64,000 nucleotides of DNA from Elusimicrobiales bacterium (GTDB lineage: Bacteria > Elusimicrobiota > Elusimicrobia > Elusimicrobiales > UBA9959). This document shows positions 35,870 to 45,220 of this stretch, piece by piece; position 1 is the first letter of the stretch; every line of letters starts with the position of its first letter. The DNA is taken from the NCBI GenBank assembly GCA_049972095.1, contig JBMFKQ010000001.1:19319-83318 (forward strand), given 5' to 3'. The position numbers were made by a program, and so were the translations under genes. The notes beneath the pieces are model-generated. The model worked only from the letters and a program-made list of their open reading frames with translations, was not told where the DNA came from and did not search any database.

Positions 35870-36814
35870 TCAGCAACTTGCTTTTTTTAACCTTTCCATA
35901 ATTGCCTTTCCTTTGCCAACTTCTTTTATTGCTTTTACATATATTTTTTTCACATTATAATCTTCCTCTGCTATGTGAAGATATTCGAAGAGATTTGATG
36001 CTGCCTCATTGATATCAGCTGATGGAGAAAGATCAAGGAAAAGTGCATATTTTTTTATTGGTTTTTCAGCAAATGAGATAAATGCAGCTCTCTCTGGATC
36101 TGTTATTTCTTTTTGGGATTTTATAACCTTGAGTTTTTTAGAAGGCGAGTAATGTTTTTTGGTAAGTCCGGGGGATATCTTTTTGGATGCCTGGTATTCT
36201 TTTATCTTTCCTTTCCAGTGTTTTTTTATATCTTCAATACTGACTGCACCATGTCTTAGTATGTAGATTGTATCATCTTCAATTTTTATCACAGTTGATT
36301 CGATGCCATAAACCGTCTTTCCTCCATCAATTATATTTATATCCTTAAAATATTTTAAAACATGTTCTGCTTTTGTAGGACTTAATCTTGAAAATTTATT
36401 TGCACTGGGTGCAGCAATTGGAAGTTTGGAATATTTTAGAAGCTTTAAAGCGATTGGGTTTGACGGAAATCTTACAGCCACGCTATCAAGCCCTGCAGTA
36501 ACAATGTCAGGTATGATATCCTTTTTTTTCAACACAACTGTAAGTGGACCTGGCCATAATTTTTTAAGCAGTTCTTTTGTTTTTTTATTGCAGTGGGCTA
36601 TATTATAAAGCTGGTTCATAGAGGATATGTGAACTATAAGAGGGTCGTAAAAAGGTCTTTTTTTCATCCTGAAAATCTTTTTTACTGCTTTTATATTTAA
36701 TGCCGATGCTCCAAGACCATAAACAGTTTCTGTTGGAAATGCAACAATCCCCCCATTTCTTATTATATCTGCGCATTTAATGATGTTTTGATGTATTGGT
36801 TCTATTATAGGCAT
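35870..36814 (-). CDS. tsaC: L-threonylcarbamoyladenylate synthase (YrdC domain + Sua5 C-terminal domain)
   Basis: GGIVAFPTETVYGLGA, KKRP.YDPLIVH and APSANKFSR motifs. The 314-aa length fits the Sua5-type two-domain form. Confidence 0.9.
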   Translation of the reverse strand: MPIIEPIHQNIIKCADIIRNGGIVAFPTETVYGLGASALNIKAVKKIFRMKKRPFYDPLIVHISSMNQLYNIAHCNKKTKELLKKLWPGPLTVVLKKKDIIPDIVTAGLDSVAVRFPSNPIALKLLKYSKLPIAAPSANKFSRLSPTKAEHVLKYFKDINIIDGGKTVYGIESTVIKIEDDTIYILRHGAVSIEDIKKHWKGKIKEYQASKKISPGLTKKHYSPSKKLKVIKSQKEITDPERAAFISFAEKPIKKYALFLDLSPSADINEAASNLFEYLHIAEEDYNVKKIYVKAIKEVGKGKAIMERLKKASC

Positions 36815-36815
36815 G

Positions 36816-37109
36816 TTATCTTAGAACCACTGTAATTAGCAGTATAAGCATTACTATATTTATAGCTGCAACAATATAGAAGAGTATCTCTATCTTTTCA
36901 ACAGATATTTTAATTTTCTCTATATTGCATAAGATATACGATATAGTTTTTCCTTCTTCAATTATGAGTTTTTCAATCGGCTTTATATCTTGGCTTAAAG
37001 TTGTTTTTAGACTATTTATAAGTGATAAGATTGATGAAAACATCTTTTCTTTTTTTGATATTTCCTCAATAATATTCATTGTAGCCTTTAGAAATGAAAT
37101 CATTCCCAT
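36816..37109 (-). CDS. hypothetical tail-anchored small membrane protein
   Basis: 97 aa. Helical K/E/I-rich region followed by a C-terminal TM helix (LFYIVAAINIVMLILLITVVL). GAGGAGGG SD upstream. Confidence 0.35.
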   Translation of the reverse strand: MGMISFLKATMNIIEEISKKEKMFSSILSLINSLKTTLSQDIKPIEKLIIEEGKTISYILCNIEKIKISVEKIEILFYIVAAINIVMLILLITVVLR

Positions 37110-37398
37110 TTTCCCTCCTCTTTTCGGTTTAATAATAAAATTTTACAAGATTTTTTATCGGTATATTTTCTTTGTCCTGTGTAGCACTCTGCATTTTTGA
37201 GAAAAAGGCAGAGCTATTACTGGAATTTAGTTATGTAAGATTTCCGTTCATAGTTTTTAACACGCAGATATTTTAGATTTTTAATGATAGACAAAAAGAA
37301 AAAGAAATTTTCTTAAAGTTACTAAAAGTTCTCTAAATCCAATTTATACACGAATATCAACCTCAACCTTACGGATCATTGACCTTTTTTTCAAATAA

Positions 37399-37489
37399 CG
37401 GAGAGAGTGGGATTCGAACCCACGGTACGGGTTTTCACCCGTACAGCGGTTTAGCAAACCGCCGCCTTAAACCTCTCGGCCATCTCTCC
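37399..37489 (-). tRNA. tRNA-Ser (anticodon GCT)
   Basis: Folded by hand. Acceptor GGAGAGA/TCTCTCC, 3-bp D-stem, anticodon arm GCGGT-TTGCTAA-ACCGC, long variable arm (GTACGGGTGAAAACCCGTAC), T-arm GTGGG-TTCGAAT-CCCAC, discriminator G73. Confidence 0.9.
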
Positions 37490-37517
37490 GTGTAAGTATA
37501 TTATACCAATTTATTTA

Positions 37518-38462
37518 CTACCTGTTTGAATTTTGTGCAAAGGTTGTGTGAAGTCCACAGCTTAGATCTGTCCAGTTCTTCATTTTTGTTTTTTCTTCCC
37601 ATTTTGAAGGGTCTGCTATCCAGTGTGATGATATAGCCTCCCTGACTTTATCTCTGTTTAGAACTGGCTTTGAGTTTAATATATAGGAAAATATCTCATA
37701 GGATAAAGCAGTTATATTAAGTAAAAGTTTTGGCATTTTTAGTATTTTTGGCTTTTTTACACCAATACTCTCTGCCATTTTTTCTATAAACTCATTCCAG
37801 GAATAATTGTTTTTTTCACAAACATAGAATATCTCTCCATCAAGGGATTTATCAAAGGATTTAATAATGCATCTTACAAGATCATCAACAAATATAAAGC
37901 TAAACCTTGCATCTATATTTTGTGGTGATATCATAATACCCCTTTTTATCCATTGCGCTATCGTTGAAAAACCATCATCTTTGGGACCATAAACTATTGG
38001 TGGTCTTAGGATTGTCCATCTTGGAAATTTTATAACCTCTTTTTCACCAAGCAGCTTGCTAAGGCCATAGAAAGAAACTGGATTGTCTCTATCTTTTTCA
38101 TTTCGTGGTTTTGATGGATCTTTTGATGGCCCACCCGCAGCAAGAGATGAGATATATATTATTTTTTTTATACCGTTATCTTCTGCAGCTTTTACAAGAT
38201 TTGCTGTGGATGTTACATTTTCCTTTATAAATTCTTTCTTGCTTCTTGCAAAAAGTGTTGCTGCAAGGTGTATTAGAATTTCTGAATACAATTTGGATTT
38301 TACATCCTTTTCATCATGATAATTTACTGTAACATATTTTACACCATCTTTTTCATAACTCTTTCCTCTTGTAAAGCAGGTAACATTGTGTCCTAATTTT
38401 TTAAGCTCCCTGATAAGATTTGACCCAATAAAACCTCTTCCACCAGTTACAATTATTTTCAT
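37518..38462 (-). CDS. NAD-dependent epimerase/dehydratase (extended SDR)
   Basis: VTGGRGFIGSNL Rossmann motif and YGLSK catalytic YxxxK. Confidence 0.8.
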   Translation of the reverse strand: MKIIVTGGRGFIGSNLIRELKKLGHNVTCFTRGKSYEKDGVKYVTVNYHDEKDVKSKLYSEILIHLAATLFARSKKEFIKENVTSTANLVKAAEDNGIKKIIYISSLAAGGPSKDPSKPRNEKDRDNPVSFYGLSKLLGEKEVIKFPRWTILRPPIVYGPKDDGFSTIAQWIKRGIMISPQNIDARFSFIFVDDLVRCIIKSFDKSLDGEIFYVCEKNNYSWNEFIEKMAESIGVKKPKILKMPKLLLNITALSYEIFSYILNSKPVLNRDKVREAISSHWIADPSKWEEKTKMKNWTDLSCGLHTTFAQNSNR

Positions 38463-38474
38463 AATCTCTCCTTT

Positions 38475-38897
38475 TTAATCTTGCATCTCTCTTATAAGTT
38501 TTTTTGTTTTTTCTTCAATATCTGTGAATGTATCTTTTATTCCTGGTATGTTTTTAAGAATAACAGCGTTTAGAAACTTTATCTTACCTCGGTTTATTTG
38601 TTGGAAATCTGGAAACTTGAGTTCATATATCTTTTTCATTATACTCTTCCCATCCTGTTGTGGTATGATAAGAAGGGATGAGACTATCATCACAACAAAA
38701 AATATGAACTTTAAAAAGCCATCAAAAGGGAAAGATCTATAAAATTTTGATGTTGTGAAGTAAAGATATAGAAAGCTCCATATCCCACAAAGCCCATATA
38801 ACCAGTAATCTCCGTATTGAGAGGTATCAGGATAGAGTACAAAGATTGTGATATGAAAAAAAACTATAAAAAGAATACTAAAAAGGATTTGTATCAT
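38475..38897 (-). CDS. hypothetical small polytopic membrane protein (paralog of 38878-39246)
   Basis: 140 aa, ~3 helices. Shares HITIFVLYPDTS / IIPQQDGKSIMKKIY / INRGK blocks with the upstream neighbour. Confidence 0.45.
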   Translation of the reverse strand: MIQILFSILFIVFFHITIFVLYPDTSQYGDYWLYGLCGIWSFLYLYFTTSKFYRSFPFDGFLKFIFFVVMIVSSLLIIPQQDGKSIMKKIYELKFPDFQQINRGKIKFLNAVILKNIPGIKDTFTDIEEKTKKLIREMQD

Positions 38898-39246
38898 TTT
38901 TCCCTCGTCTTAGAAGGAAAGCAAAATCAATGCCAAGCTTTTTAAATCCTCTATAAATTGTCAGCCTATTAGGAATTCTTCCTGTGTATATTTTGTAGAG
39001 TAAAGATAATGAATCTGATTGTGGATAGTTAATAAGTATTGATAGAAGCATAATTATATATGCAATGAAATTAATCGCAAAGCGAGTAATGTGTGTTTGT
39101 ATTGTAATAAAAGATCTTATTAGGTAGTAAAACATCGTTGAGATCAGCATTGATATAAAAAGATAAATCAGCCCAAGTATTGTTGTATCAGGGTATGAGA
39201 TAAATATCAGTAGATGGGTAGTAAATATGATAAATGCAGCTTTCAT
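38878..39246 (-). CDS. hypothetical small polytopic membrane protein (paralog of 38475-38897)
   Basis: 122 aa. HLLIFISYPDTT / INYPQSDSLSLLYKIY / IYRGFK blocks align with the downstream paralog. The two genes overlap by 20 nt. Confidence 0.45.
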   Translation of the reverse strand: MKAAFIIFTTHLLIFISYPDTTILGLIYLFISMLISTMFYYLIRSFITIQTHITRFAINFIAYIIMLLSILINYPQSDSLSLLYKIYTGRIPNRLTIYRGFKKLGIDFAFLLRRGKNDTNPF

Positions 39247-39249
39247 AGT

Positions 39250-39942
39250 CTATTTAACTGCTTTAAATTCAACATAAACGGTTAGATAATCCTCAAAAAA
39301 ATCAGCAGGTAAAGGATCAACCTTTTTTATCTCAGAAACAGCACTGAGCACAGAGTAGTCAAAAAGATTGTTTGATGATCTTTTTTCTATGCTTATATTT
39401 CTTATCTCTCCGTTTGGATATATTCTAAACTTGACAATAGCTGATATATTTGTGGCAGAGACATTTTTTGATTTCCAGCTGTCAAAAAGCACTTCCCTAA
39501 GTCTTGTTATATAGTATGGGTATGGAAAGTCTTTATCTGTTTTTATCTCTGATGAAGCAGATGATGAGGTTGAATTGTAAGTAGTGATATTATATGCTGA
39601 TTTATCTTCATCAATAATCGTTGATTTTTCATAAGCCATTGAGGGCTTTATATTTCTTGTATTAGTGTAAAGATAGTCAGGGTCATCTATCTGTTTCTTG
39701 TTGATTGAATTTAATTTTCTTTGGGCTTTTCTATCTAAGTTTTCCTGGCTTTTTGATATGAGGTGTTGTGATACATCTTTTCTTGTTAGGTTTTGTGGGT
39801 TTAGAGCTGTTGTAATCTGAGGGTTTGATGAAATAAAGTCTATGTAATATTTTTTTGTATTTTTATTTAGCGATGATATCTCAACAAAGAATGTGAAGAT
39901 GAGAAGATGTATCAGAAGAGAAGGAAGGATATATATATTCAT
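39250..39942 (-). CDS. TonB/TolA-family energy-transducer protein
   Basis: N-terminal TM anchor, polar linker, and a C-terminal TonB_C-like domain (VKFRIYPNGEI.NISIEKRSSNNLFDYSVLSAV....PLP). Follows exbB/exbD. Confidence 0.65.
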   Translation of the reverse strand: MNIYILPSLLIHLLIFTFFVEISSLNKNTKKYYIDFISSNPQITTALNPQNLTRKDVSQHLISKSQENLDRKAQRKLNSINKKQIDDPDYLYTNTRNIKPSMAYEKSTIIDEDKSAYNITTYNSTSSSASSEIKTDKDFPYPYYITRLREVLFDSWKSKNVSATNISAIVKFRIYPNGEIRNISIEKRSSNNLFDYSVLSAVSEIKKVDPLPADFFEDYLTVYVEFKAVK

Positions 39943-40346
39943 TTTTCAGGGCTTACCCCTATTCCAACTCTTTCAGCTCCAAGCTTTTTTGCAGTATCAA
40001 GCACACTTACAACTTTTTGAATTGATACATCCTTCTCGGCCTCAACAAGAACAACCTTTTCATTGGCTTTTGCCATTTTGATTATAAGCTCTTTTTCAAG
40101 ATCTAATATTTTTCTTCCATCAACATAGGTTTCACCATTGTTTTTAACTGTAACTGTTATTATTTTCGAATTCGATGAGATAGTATCCGGAAGAAGAGAG
40201 GTTTTTGGAAGGTTGACCTTTATATGTGGATTTGAAAAAAAGGGTGTTATTATCATAAAAATTATGAGGATTATAAGGATTACATCAATGAGAGGTATCA
40301 TGTTTATCTCTGAAATAATTCCTTTTGATGTGTTATGTATTCTCAT
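39939..40346 (-). CDS. exbD: ExbD/TolR biopolymer transport protein
   Basis: 135 aa. INMIPLIDVILIILIIFMI TM helix with the conserved Asp, plus a periplasmic domain (VLVEAEKDVSIQKVVSVLD). Confidence 0.85.
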   Translation of the reverse strand: MRIHNTSKGIISEINMIPLIDVILIILIIFMIITPFFSNPHIKVNLPKTSLLPDTISSNSKIITVTVKNNGETYVDGRKILDLEKELIIKMAKANEKVVLVEAEKDVSIQKVVSVLDTAKKLGAERVGIGVSPEK

Positions 40347-40953
40347 TTCTATAGTATCTGTCTGTTATCTGTTCTACAAGATAATTAAGATCCTGTGTAT
40401 ATCTGTTTATGGCTGAGGTAAAATAATTATAAGCAATAACTGCTGGAATAGCTGCAAAGAGCCCCATTGCTGTGTTTATTAAGGCTTCAGATATTCCATA
40501 AGCTATAACTGAGGGACCTGCGCTTTGGAACTGAGCCATATCCCTAAATGCTTTTATAACCCCTATTACTGTTCCAAAAAGTCCTATGTATGGAGATGTA
40601 GAGCCAACCGTGGCAAGTATATTGAGTTTTTTTGAAAGAAGTGATATGTGATATTCTATTAAGCTAGCTGTAAACTCTCTTTTTTCTTTTATTGTTCCGG
40701 GATGATTGATGATGGATGCAACCATTTCATAAATCTGACCTTTTTGTATGAGTGAGTATTTTATGACCTCCTGCATCTTACCTGATTTAAGACTTAGAAG
40801 AAGTCTTACTATTATGGATCTATTCTTAAACACGATCTTTCTTAACTCAATATATTTTTCTATTATAATAGAAAGTGAGTAAACTGATATAACACATAAT
40901 ATTATAAAGACAGGGCCTCCAGCTTTTATTATCTCTTTTAATCCAAATTCCAT
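40333..40953 (-). CDS. exbB: MotA/TolQ/ExbB proton-channel protein
   Basis: 206 aa. LATVGSTSPYIGLFGTVIGVIKAF and EALINTAMGLFAAIPAVIAYN are the family-defining helices. Confidence 0.88.
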   Translation of the reverse strand: MEFGLKEIIKAGGPVFIILCVISVYSLSIIIEKYIELRKIVFKNRSIIVRLLLSLKSGKMQEVIKYSLIQKGQIYEMVASIINHPGTIKEKREFTASLIEYHISLLSKKLNILATVGSTSPYIGLFGTVIGVIKAFRDMAQFQSAGPSVIAYGISEALINTAMGLFAAIPAVIAYNYFTSAINRYTQDLNYLVEQITDRYYRNENT

Positions 40954-41007
40954 AATTACCCCACTTTTTCTCTTAATATTATTCTAACATTTTTATTGGC
41001 TGATTTT

Positions 41008-42054
41008 TTAGGTTAAAAATTCCTCTATTTTTTTCTTGTCAGGCTCTTTTATTATCCCTTTTTCAGTTATTATTGCTGTAATAAGATGATTTGGTACAAT
41101 ATCAAAAGCAGGATGATATACGGGTGTTTTGGGATGTGCAATGTAGCTACCTTTAATCTTAATAACCTCATGACTTTCTCTTTCCTCTATTTTTATATCA
41201 TCACCACTCCTTGAATTTTTGTCAAATGTTTCCGTTGGTGCTGCAACATAGAATGCTATTGAGTGATATTTTGCAAGTATTGCAAGCGAATAACTTCCTA
41301 TTTTGTTTGCAGTATCTCCATTCATCGCTATTCTATCCGCACCTATTATTACAGCATCTATTTTCTTTTTTTTCATAACCCATCCTGCCATGTTGTCGCA
41401 TATAAGTGTAAAGGGTATCTTCTCCATCATTAACTCCCAGGATGTCAGGCCTGCTCCTTGAAGATAAGGTCTTGTTTCGCATGGATATACATGTGAGATT
41501 TTTCCCTTTTTATAACCTTGCCTTATTATACCAAGCGCTGTGCCAATTCCTGCTGTTGCAAGAAAGCCTGTGTTGCAATATGTTATTACTGAAGAGCTAT
41601 CAGGAAGAAGTTTTATGCCATTTTCAGCTATATTTAAACTGGTCCTTATATCCTCATCAATTATTCTAAATGCCTCTTTTTCAATCTCTTTCCTTATTGC
41701 AGATATATCAGTACCATTTTTTAAGAGATATAATGCTTTGCTATGGAGTCTGTTGGTCGCTTTAAAAAGAGCAATTGCCGTCGGTCTGGATGAATTGAGT
41801 GTTTTTAGATTTTTTTCAAGAATTTTAGCAACCTTCTTAGGTTTTGTATCTTCATTAATAGTGTTGATTCCAATTAGATATCCCAAAGCAGCAGTATCAC
41901 CTATAAGAGGAGCACCTCTGACTATCATATCTCTTATTGCCTTTGCCACATCTTTAACGCTTCTTGCTGTAAAGTAGCTTATTTTAAAAGGAAGTTTTCT
42001 TTGATCAAGTATGAGAATGCTTTTTCCCTTGTATATAAGTCTTTCTGGGATCAT
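41008..42054 (-). CDS. mtnA: S-methyl-5-thioribose-1-phosphate isomerase (eIF-2B alpha/beta/delta-like family)
   Basis: ILDQRKLP, IRDMIVRGAPLIG, TYCNTG.LAT, ETRPYLQGA and GADRIA.NGDTANKIG motifs. Confidence 0.88.
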   Translation of the reverse strand: MIPERLIYKGKSILILDQRKLPFKISYFTARSVKDVAKAIRDMIVRGAPLIGDTAALGYLIGINTINEDTKPKKVAKILEKNLKTLNSSRPTAIALFKATNRLHSKALYLLKNGTDISAIRKEIEKEAFRIIDEDIRTSLNIAENGIKLLPDSSSVITYCNTGFLATAGIGTALGIIRQGYKKGKISHVYPCETRPYLQGAGLTSWELMMEKIPFTLICDNMAGWVMKKKKIDAVIIGADRIAMNGDTANKIGSYSLAILAKYHSIAFYVAAPTETFDKNSRSGDDIKIEERESHEVIKIKGSYIAHPKTPVYHPAFDIVPNHLITAIITEKGIIKEPDKKKIEEFLT

Positions 42055-42055
42055 T

Positions 42056-42319
42056 TTAGGGTATTGTGTTTATTATGTTCTCAAGATCTGATTCTGACTT
42101 TCCTGTTATTTCAACTGTTTTCTCCTTTCCTCTAATCCCTCTTATTATGTTTATACAGCTTTCTTTTACCTCAAAAAAGTCGGCAAGGTATTTTTTAAGT
42201 GTCTGGTTTATAATATTATCCTGAGGCGGTGCACAGAGTTTTACTCTTAATACCTTACCTATTCTTGATATAACCTCGTTATCATCACAATTTGGTATTA
42301 CTTTTACTTTTACTATCAT
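42056..42319 (-). CDS. yggU: DUF167 (YggU) family protein
   Basis: 87 aa. KVKVIPN...VKLCAPPQDN.IN..L.KYLADFF matches the YggU pattern. Conserved pairing with yggS. Confidence 0.7.
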   Translation of the reverse strand: MIVKVKVIPNCDDNEVISRIGKVLRVKLCAPPQDNIINQTLKKYLADFFEVKESCINIIRGIRGKEKTVEITGKSESDLENIINTIP

Positions 42320-42342
42320 CTTCCCCTCCTCATTTTAATGTT

Positions 42343-43011
42343 TTAACTCTTAAACAGTATAGAACCTAATCTTAGAAGGTTAGACCCCTCTTTTAATGCT
42401 ATTTCAAAATCCATACTCATTCCGATTGATAGATAATTTGGAAACCCATCTTTGTTTTTTGAATGTGGAAAATATTTCTCATAAAATTGTCTGGCTATCT
42501 TAAATGCATTTCTTATCTCATTTTGGTCAGTGGTATTTGGTGCTATTGCCATTATGCCACATGGTGATATGTTTTCCATCAATAATACCTTGTGGAAAAG
42601 ACTGTCAAATTCTTCTGGTTTTATACCATACTGTGTTTGTGAGTTGTTTATTTTGAGCTGCAAAAGGATAGGCATTTTCTTTTGAGTTTTTTTGTTTATT
42701 TCTCTTGCAAGCTCAACTGAGTCAACGGAGTCTATAAAGTCAAAAAGTTTTACAGCATACTTCACCTTGTTTTTTTGCAAATGTCCTATAAAATGAAGTG
42801 ATATTTTTGAACGGTAGTTGGAAAAAATACCATCCTTCTCCCATCTCTTTATGGCATCCTGAACTCTATTTTCACCTATTATCCTTATTCTTCCATCATC
42901 AAGGAGCTCTTTTATATCATATTGGGATGCATACTTAATAACTGCCATTATAGAAACACCTTGTGGCAGTTTAGATAGGATTTTACTTATATTTTCCTTT
43001 ACTTTGCTCAC
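42343..43011 (-). CDS. yggS: YggS-family pyridoxal-phosphate homeostasis protein
   Basis: AVIKYA (PLP Lys), IGENRVQD, HFIGHLQ.NK and LSIGMS.D motifs. GTG start. Confidence 0.88.
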   Translation of the reverse strand: MSKVKENISKILSKLPQGVSIMAVIKYASQYDIKELLDDGRIRIIGENRVQDAIKRWEKDGIFSNYRSKISLHFIGHLQKNKVKYAVKLFDFIDSVDSVELAREINKKTQKKMPILLQLKINNSQTQYGIKPEEFDSLFHKVLLMENISPCGIMAIAPNTTDQNEIRNAFKIARQFYEKYFPHSKNKDGFPNYLSIGMSMDFEIALKEGSNLLRLGSILFKS

Positions 43012-43120
43012 AGAAACAGATCTCTCAAAGTATTATAATTATATTTTATCAAATTTAAATTTCTTTTAGGAGGTATCTTCTAATAAGCAAGGTTAATCTT
43101 TAAAGATTTTCTAAATTTGA

Positions 43121-43157
43121 AAAATAAAAACCCCTCCCGCATTTTGGGCGGAAGGGG
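43121..43157 (-). terminator. Rho-independent terminator downstream of groEL
   Basis: The minus strand has a GC-rich hairpin, CCCCTTCCGC-ccaaaat-GCGGGAGGGG (9 of 10 bp), followed by TTTTTATTTT. It lies 27 nt after the groEL stop. Confidence 0.8.
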
Positions 43158-43183
43158 TTAGGGGTTTGAATGGTTTGATTTGA

Positions 43184-44803
43184 TCAATACATATCACTGC
43201 CTGCGGGCATTGCTGGAACCTTTTCTTTCTTTTCCGGCAGTTCAGCAACGAATGCACCGCTTGTCAACAGAGTTCCTGCTATTGATGCAGCATTTTCAAG
43301 TGCGGTTCTTGTAACCTTACATGGATCAACAATTCCAGCCTTCATTACATCGACGAACTCAAGCCTCTCAGCATCAAAGCCTATTTCTTGTGATGATGTC
43401 TTTATTTTCTCAACAACTATTGATGGATCTACACCCGCATTTTCTGCTATTGTTTTTAGTGGCATGTAAACTGCCTTTTTTACAATGTTAATTCCTATTT
43501 TTTCATCCTCATTTTCCGCTTTAAGATTATCAAGCACTCTTGATGCTCTTATCAATGCAACTCCTCCACCTGGAAGAATTCCTTCTTGGACTCCAGCCTT
43601 GGTTGCATTCTTCGCATCTTCAACCTTTGATTTCTTTGCTTTCATTTCAGTCTCAGTTGCTGCACCAACTCTTATAACAGCAACTCCACCTGAGATTTTT
43701 GCAAGCCTTTCTTCAAGTTTCTCTCTGTCATAATCTGATGTTGTCTCTTCTATCTGTTTTCTTATCTGATTTGCTCTATCCTTTATCTTTTTCTTATCTC
43801 CCTCTCCATCAACTATTGTTGTGTTCTCCTTGTCAACAACAACTCTCTTTGCCTTTCCAAGCTGTTCAAGTGTTGCCTTTTCAAGCTTCATTCCTCTTTC
43901 CTCGCTTATAACCTCACCACCGGTAAGTATTGCAATGTCTTCAAGCATTTCTTTTCTTCTATCACCAAATCCAGGAGCTTTTACAGCACAGCATTTAAGT
44001 GTTCCTCTCAGTTTGTTTACAACAAGTGTTGCAAGAGCCTCTCCCTCAACATCCTCTGCTATTATAAGAAAGGGTTTTCCTGTTTGAGCTATCTTTTCAA
44101 GAATAGGTAGAAGCTCATTCATTGAAGAGAGTTTTTTATCAGTTATAAGTATAAGGGTATCCTCAAGAACACTTTCCATTCTCTCGGCATCTGTAATAAA
44201 GTATGGTGAGATATATCCTCTATCAAACTGCATTCCCTCAACAACATCAAGCTCAGTTGTTGATGATTTCCCTTCCTCAACTGTTATAACCCCCTCATGT
44301 CCAACCTTTTCCATTGCCTCTGCAATGAGATTTCCTATCTCCCTATCATTTGCTGATATAGTTGCTATTTGGGCTTTTTCCTCTTTTGTTTTTACTGGCT
44401 TTGCCATTTTTTTAAGCTCTTCAACTATTGCTGCTACGGCTTTGTCAATTCCTCTTTTGAGATGAATTGGACTTGCACCTGCAGTTATATTCTTGAGTCC
44501 TTCGTTGAATATTGCCTGAGCAAGAACTGTTGCGGTTGTGGTTCCATCTCCAGCTACATCATTTGTTTTAGAGGCTGCTTCTCTGATGAGTTGCGCTCCC
44601 ATATCCTCAAAATGATCTTCAAGCTCTATCTCTTTTGCAATTGTAACTCCATCGTCTATTATTGTTGGTGAGCCAAACTTCTTTGCAAGAACAACAGTTC
44701 TTCCTTTAGGTCCGAGCGTAACCTTTACGGTGTTTGCAGTTTTATCAATCCCCTGTTTTATTTTTAATATTCCGGTGTCTGTTAAGTGTATTTCTTTTGC
44801 CAT
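43184..44803 (-). CDS. groL: chaperonin GroEL (60 kDa)
   Basis: 539 aa. [17 protein letters not shown] and the full-length equatorial/apical domain pattern. The C-terminus lacks a GGM repeat. Confidence 0.98.
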   Translation of the reverse strand: MAKEIHLTDTGILKIKQGIDKTANTVKVTLGPKGRTVVLAKKFGSPTIIDDGVTIAKEIELEDHFEDMGAQLIREAASKTNDVAGDGTTTATVLAQAIFNEGLKNITAGASPIHLKRGIDKAVAAIVEELKKMAKPVKTKEEKAQIATISANDREIGNLIAEAMEKVGHEGVITVEEGKSSTTELDVVEGMQFDRGYISPYFITDAERMESVLEDTLILITDKKLSSMNELLPILEKIAQTGKPFLIIAEDVEGEALATLVVNKLRGTLKCCAVKAPGFGDRRKEMLEDIAILTGGEVISEERGMKLEKATLEQLGKAKRVVVDKENTTIVDGEGDKKKIKDRANQIRKQIEETTSDYDREKLEERLAKISGGVAVIRVGAATETEMKAKKSKVEDAKNATKAGVQEGILPGGGVALIRASRVLDNLKAENEDEKIGINIVKKAVYMPLKTIAENAGVDPSIVVEKIKTSSQEIGFDAERLEFVDVMKAGIVDPCKVTRTALENAASIAGTLLTSGAFVAELPEKKEKVPAMPAGSDMY

Positions 44804-44822
44804 AGCTTTACCTCCTTTTTAA

Positions 44823-45134
44823 TTAGTTATTTATTATTGCAAGTATATCTTCCTCTCTCATTATAAGATAATCCTCATCATTTATCTTTATCTCAGTTCC
44901 CGCATACTTACCATAAAGAACTCTATTTCCAACTTTTACCTCCATTGCAATAAGTTTACCATCCTCCGTTGTTCTTCCTTTTCCAACAGCAACTACTTCT
45001 CCCTCCTGTGGCTTTTCTTTTGCAGTATCTGGTATTATAATTCCGCCTTTCTTTACCTCTTTCTGCTCGAGCGGTTTTATTATAACTCGATCAGCAAGTG
45101 GTGTTATGTTTAGTTTCGTTTTTGTCTCTCCCAT
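44823..45134 (-). CDS. groS: co-chaperonin GroES
   Basis: [34 protein letters not shown] and [12 protein letters not shown] motifs. ATG 45134 is placed 6 nt after GGAGGT. The tracked GTG 45140 directly abuts the SD and is rejected. Confidence 0.95.
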   Translation of the reverse strand: MGETKTKLNITPLADRVIIKPLEQKEVKKGGIIIPDTAKEKPQEGEVVAVGKGRTTEDGKLIAMEVKVGNRVLYGKYAGTEIKINDEDYLIMREEDILAIINN

Positions 45135-45150
45135 AAGCACACCTCCTTTT

Positions 45151-45177
45151 TTAGCAATTTTTTTATCTAACTGCTAA
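45151..45177. promoter_or_regulatory. degenerate CIRCE operator (HrcA-type inverted repeat) upstream of groES
   Basis: TTAGCAATT-N9-AACTGCTAA, compared with the consensus TTAGCACTC-N9-GAGTGCTAA. The outer TTAGCA/TGCTAA arms and the 9-nt spacer are conserved. It lies between the promoter and the SD. Confidence 0.65.
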
Positions 45178-45205
45178 TTTACAAAATTTTCTGGTAGCTT
45201 GTCAA
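45176..45205 (-). promoter_or_regulatory. sigma70-type promoter of groES-groEL (TTGACA-N18-TAAATT)
   Basis: Perfect -35 TTGACA at 45205-45200 (minus strand). A -10-like TAAATT overlaps the start of the CIRCE element. Confidence 0.5.
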
Positions 45206-45220
45206 TAGCAGATTTGTGTT

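Noticed and set aside
37170-37215. TAGCACTC...GAGTGCTA-like sequence reminiscent of a CIRCE half-site
   Set aside because: Only one arm resembles CIRCE. The spacer is 15 nt and the partner arm (GCAGAGCT) does not give the TTAGCACTC-N9-GAGTGCTAA geometry. No chaperone gene lies downstream.
41442-41977. ORFs of 75 aa and 145 aa on the + strand inside mtnA
   Set aside because: They are antisense to a well-supported mtnA gene. Their composition mirrors the complementary codons and no family features are present.
43485-44671. Several 70-100-aa + strand ORFs (43485-43733, 43699-43911, 43821-44087, 44369-44671) inside groEL
   Set aside because: They are antisense to an unambiguous, full-length GroEL gene. 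Their products are low-complexity (Ser/Leu/Phe-rich), with no SD or motifs. These are typical shadow ORFs.
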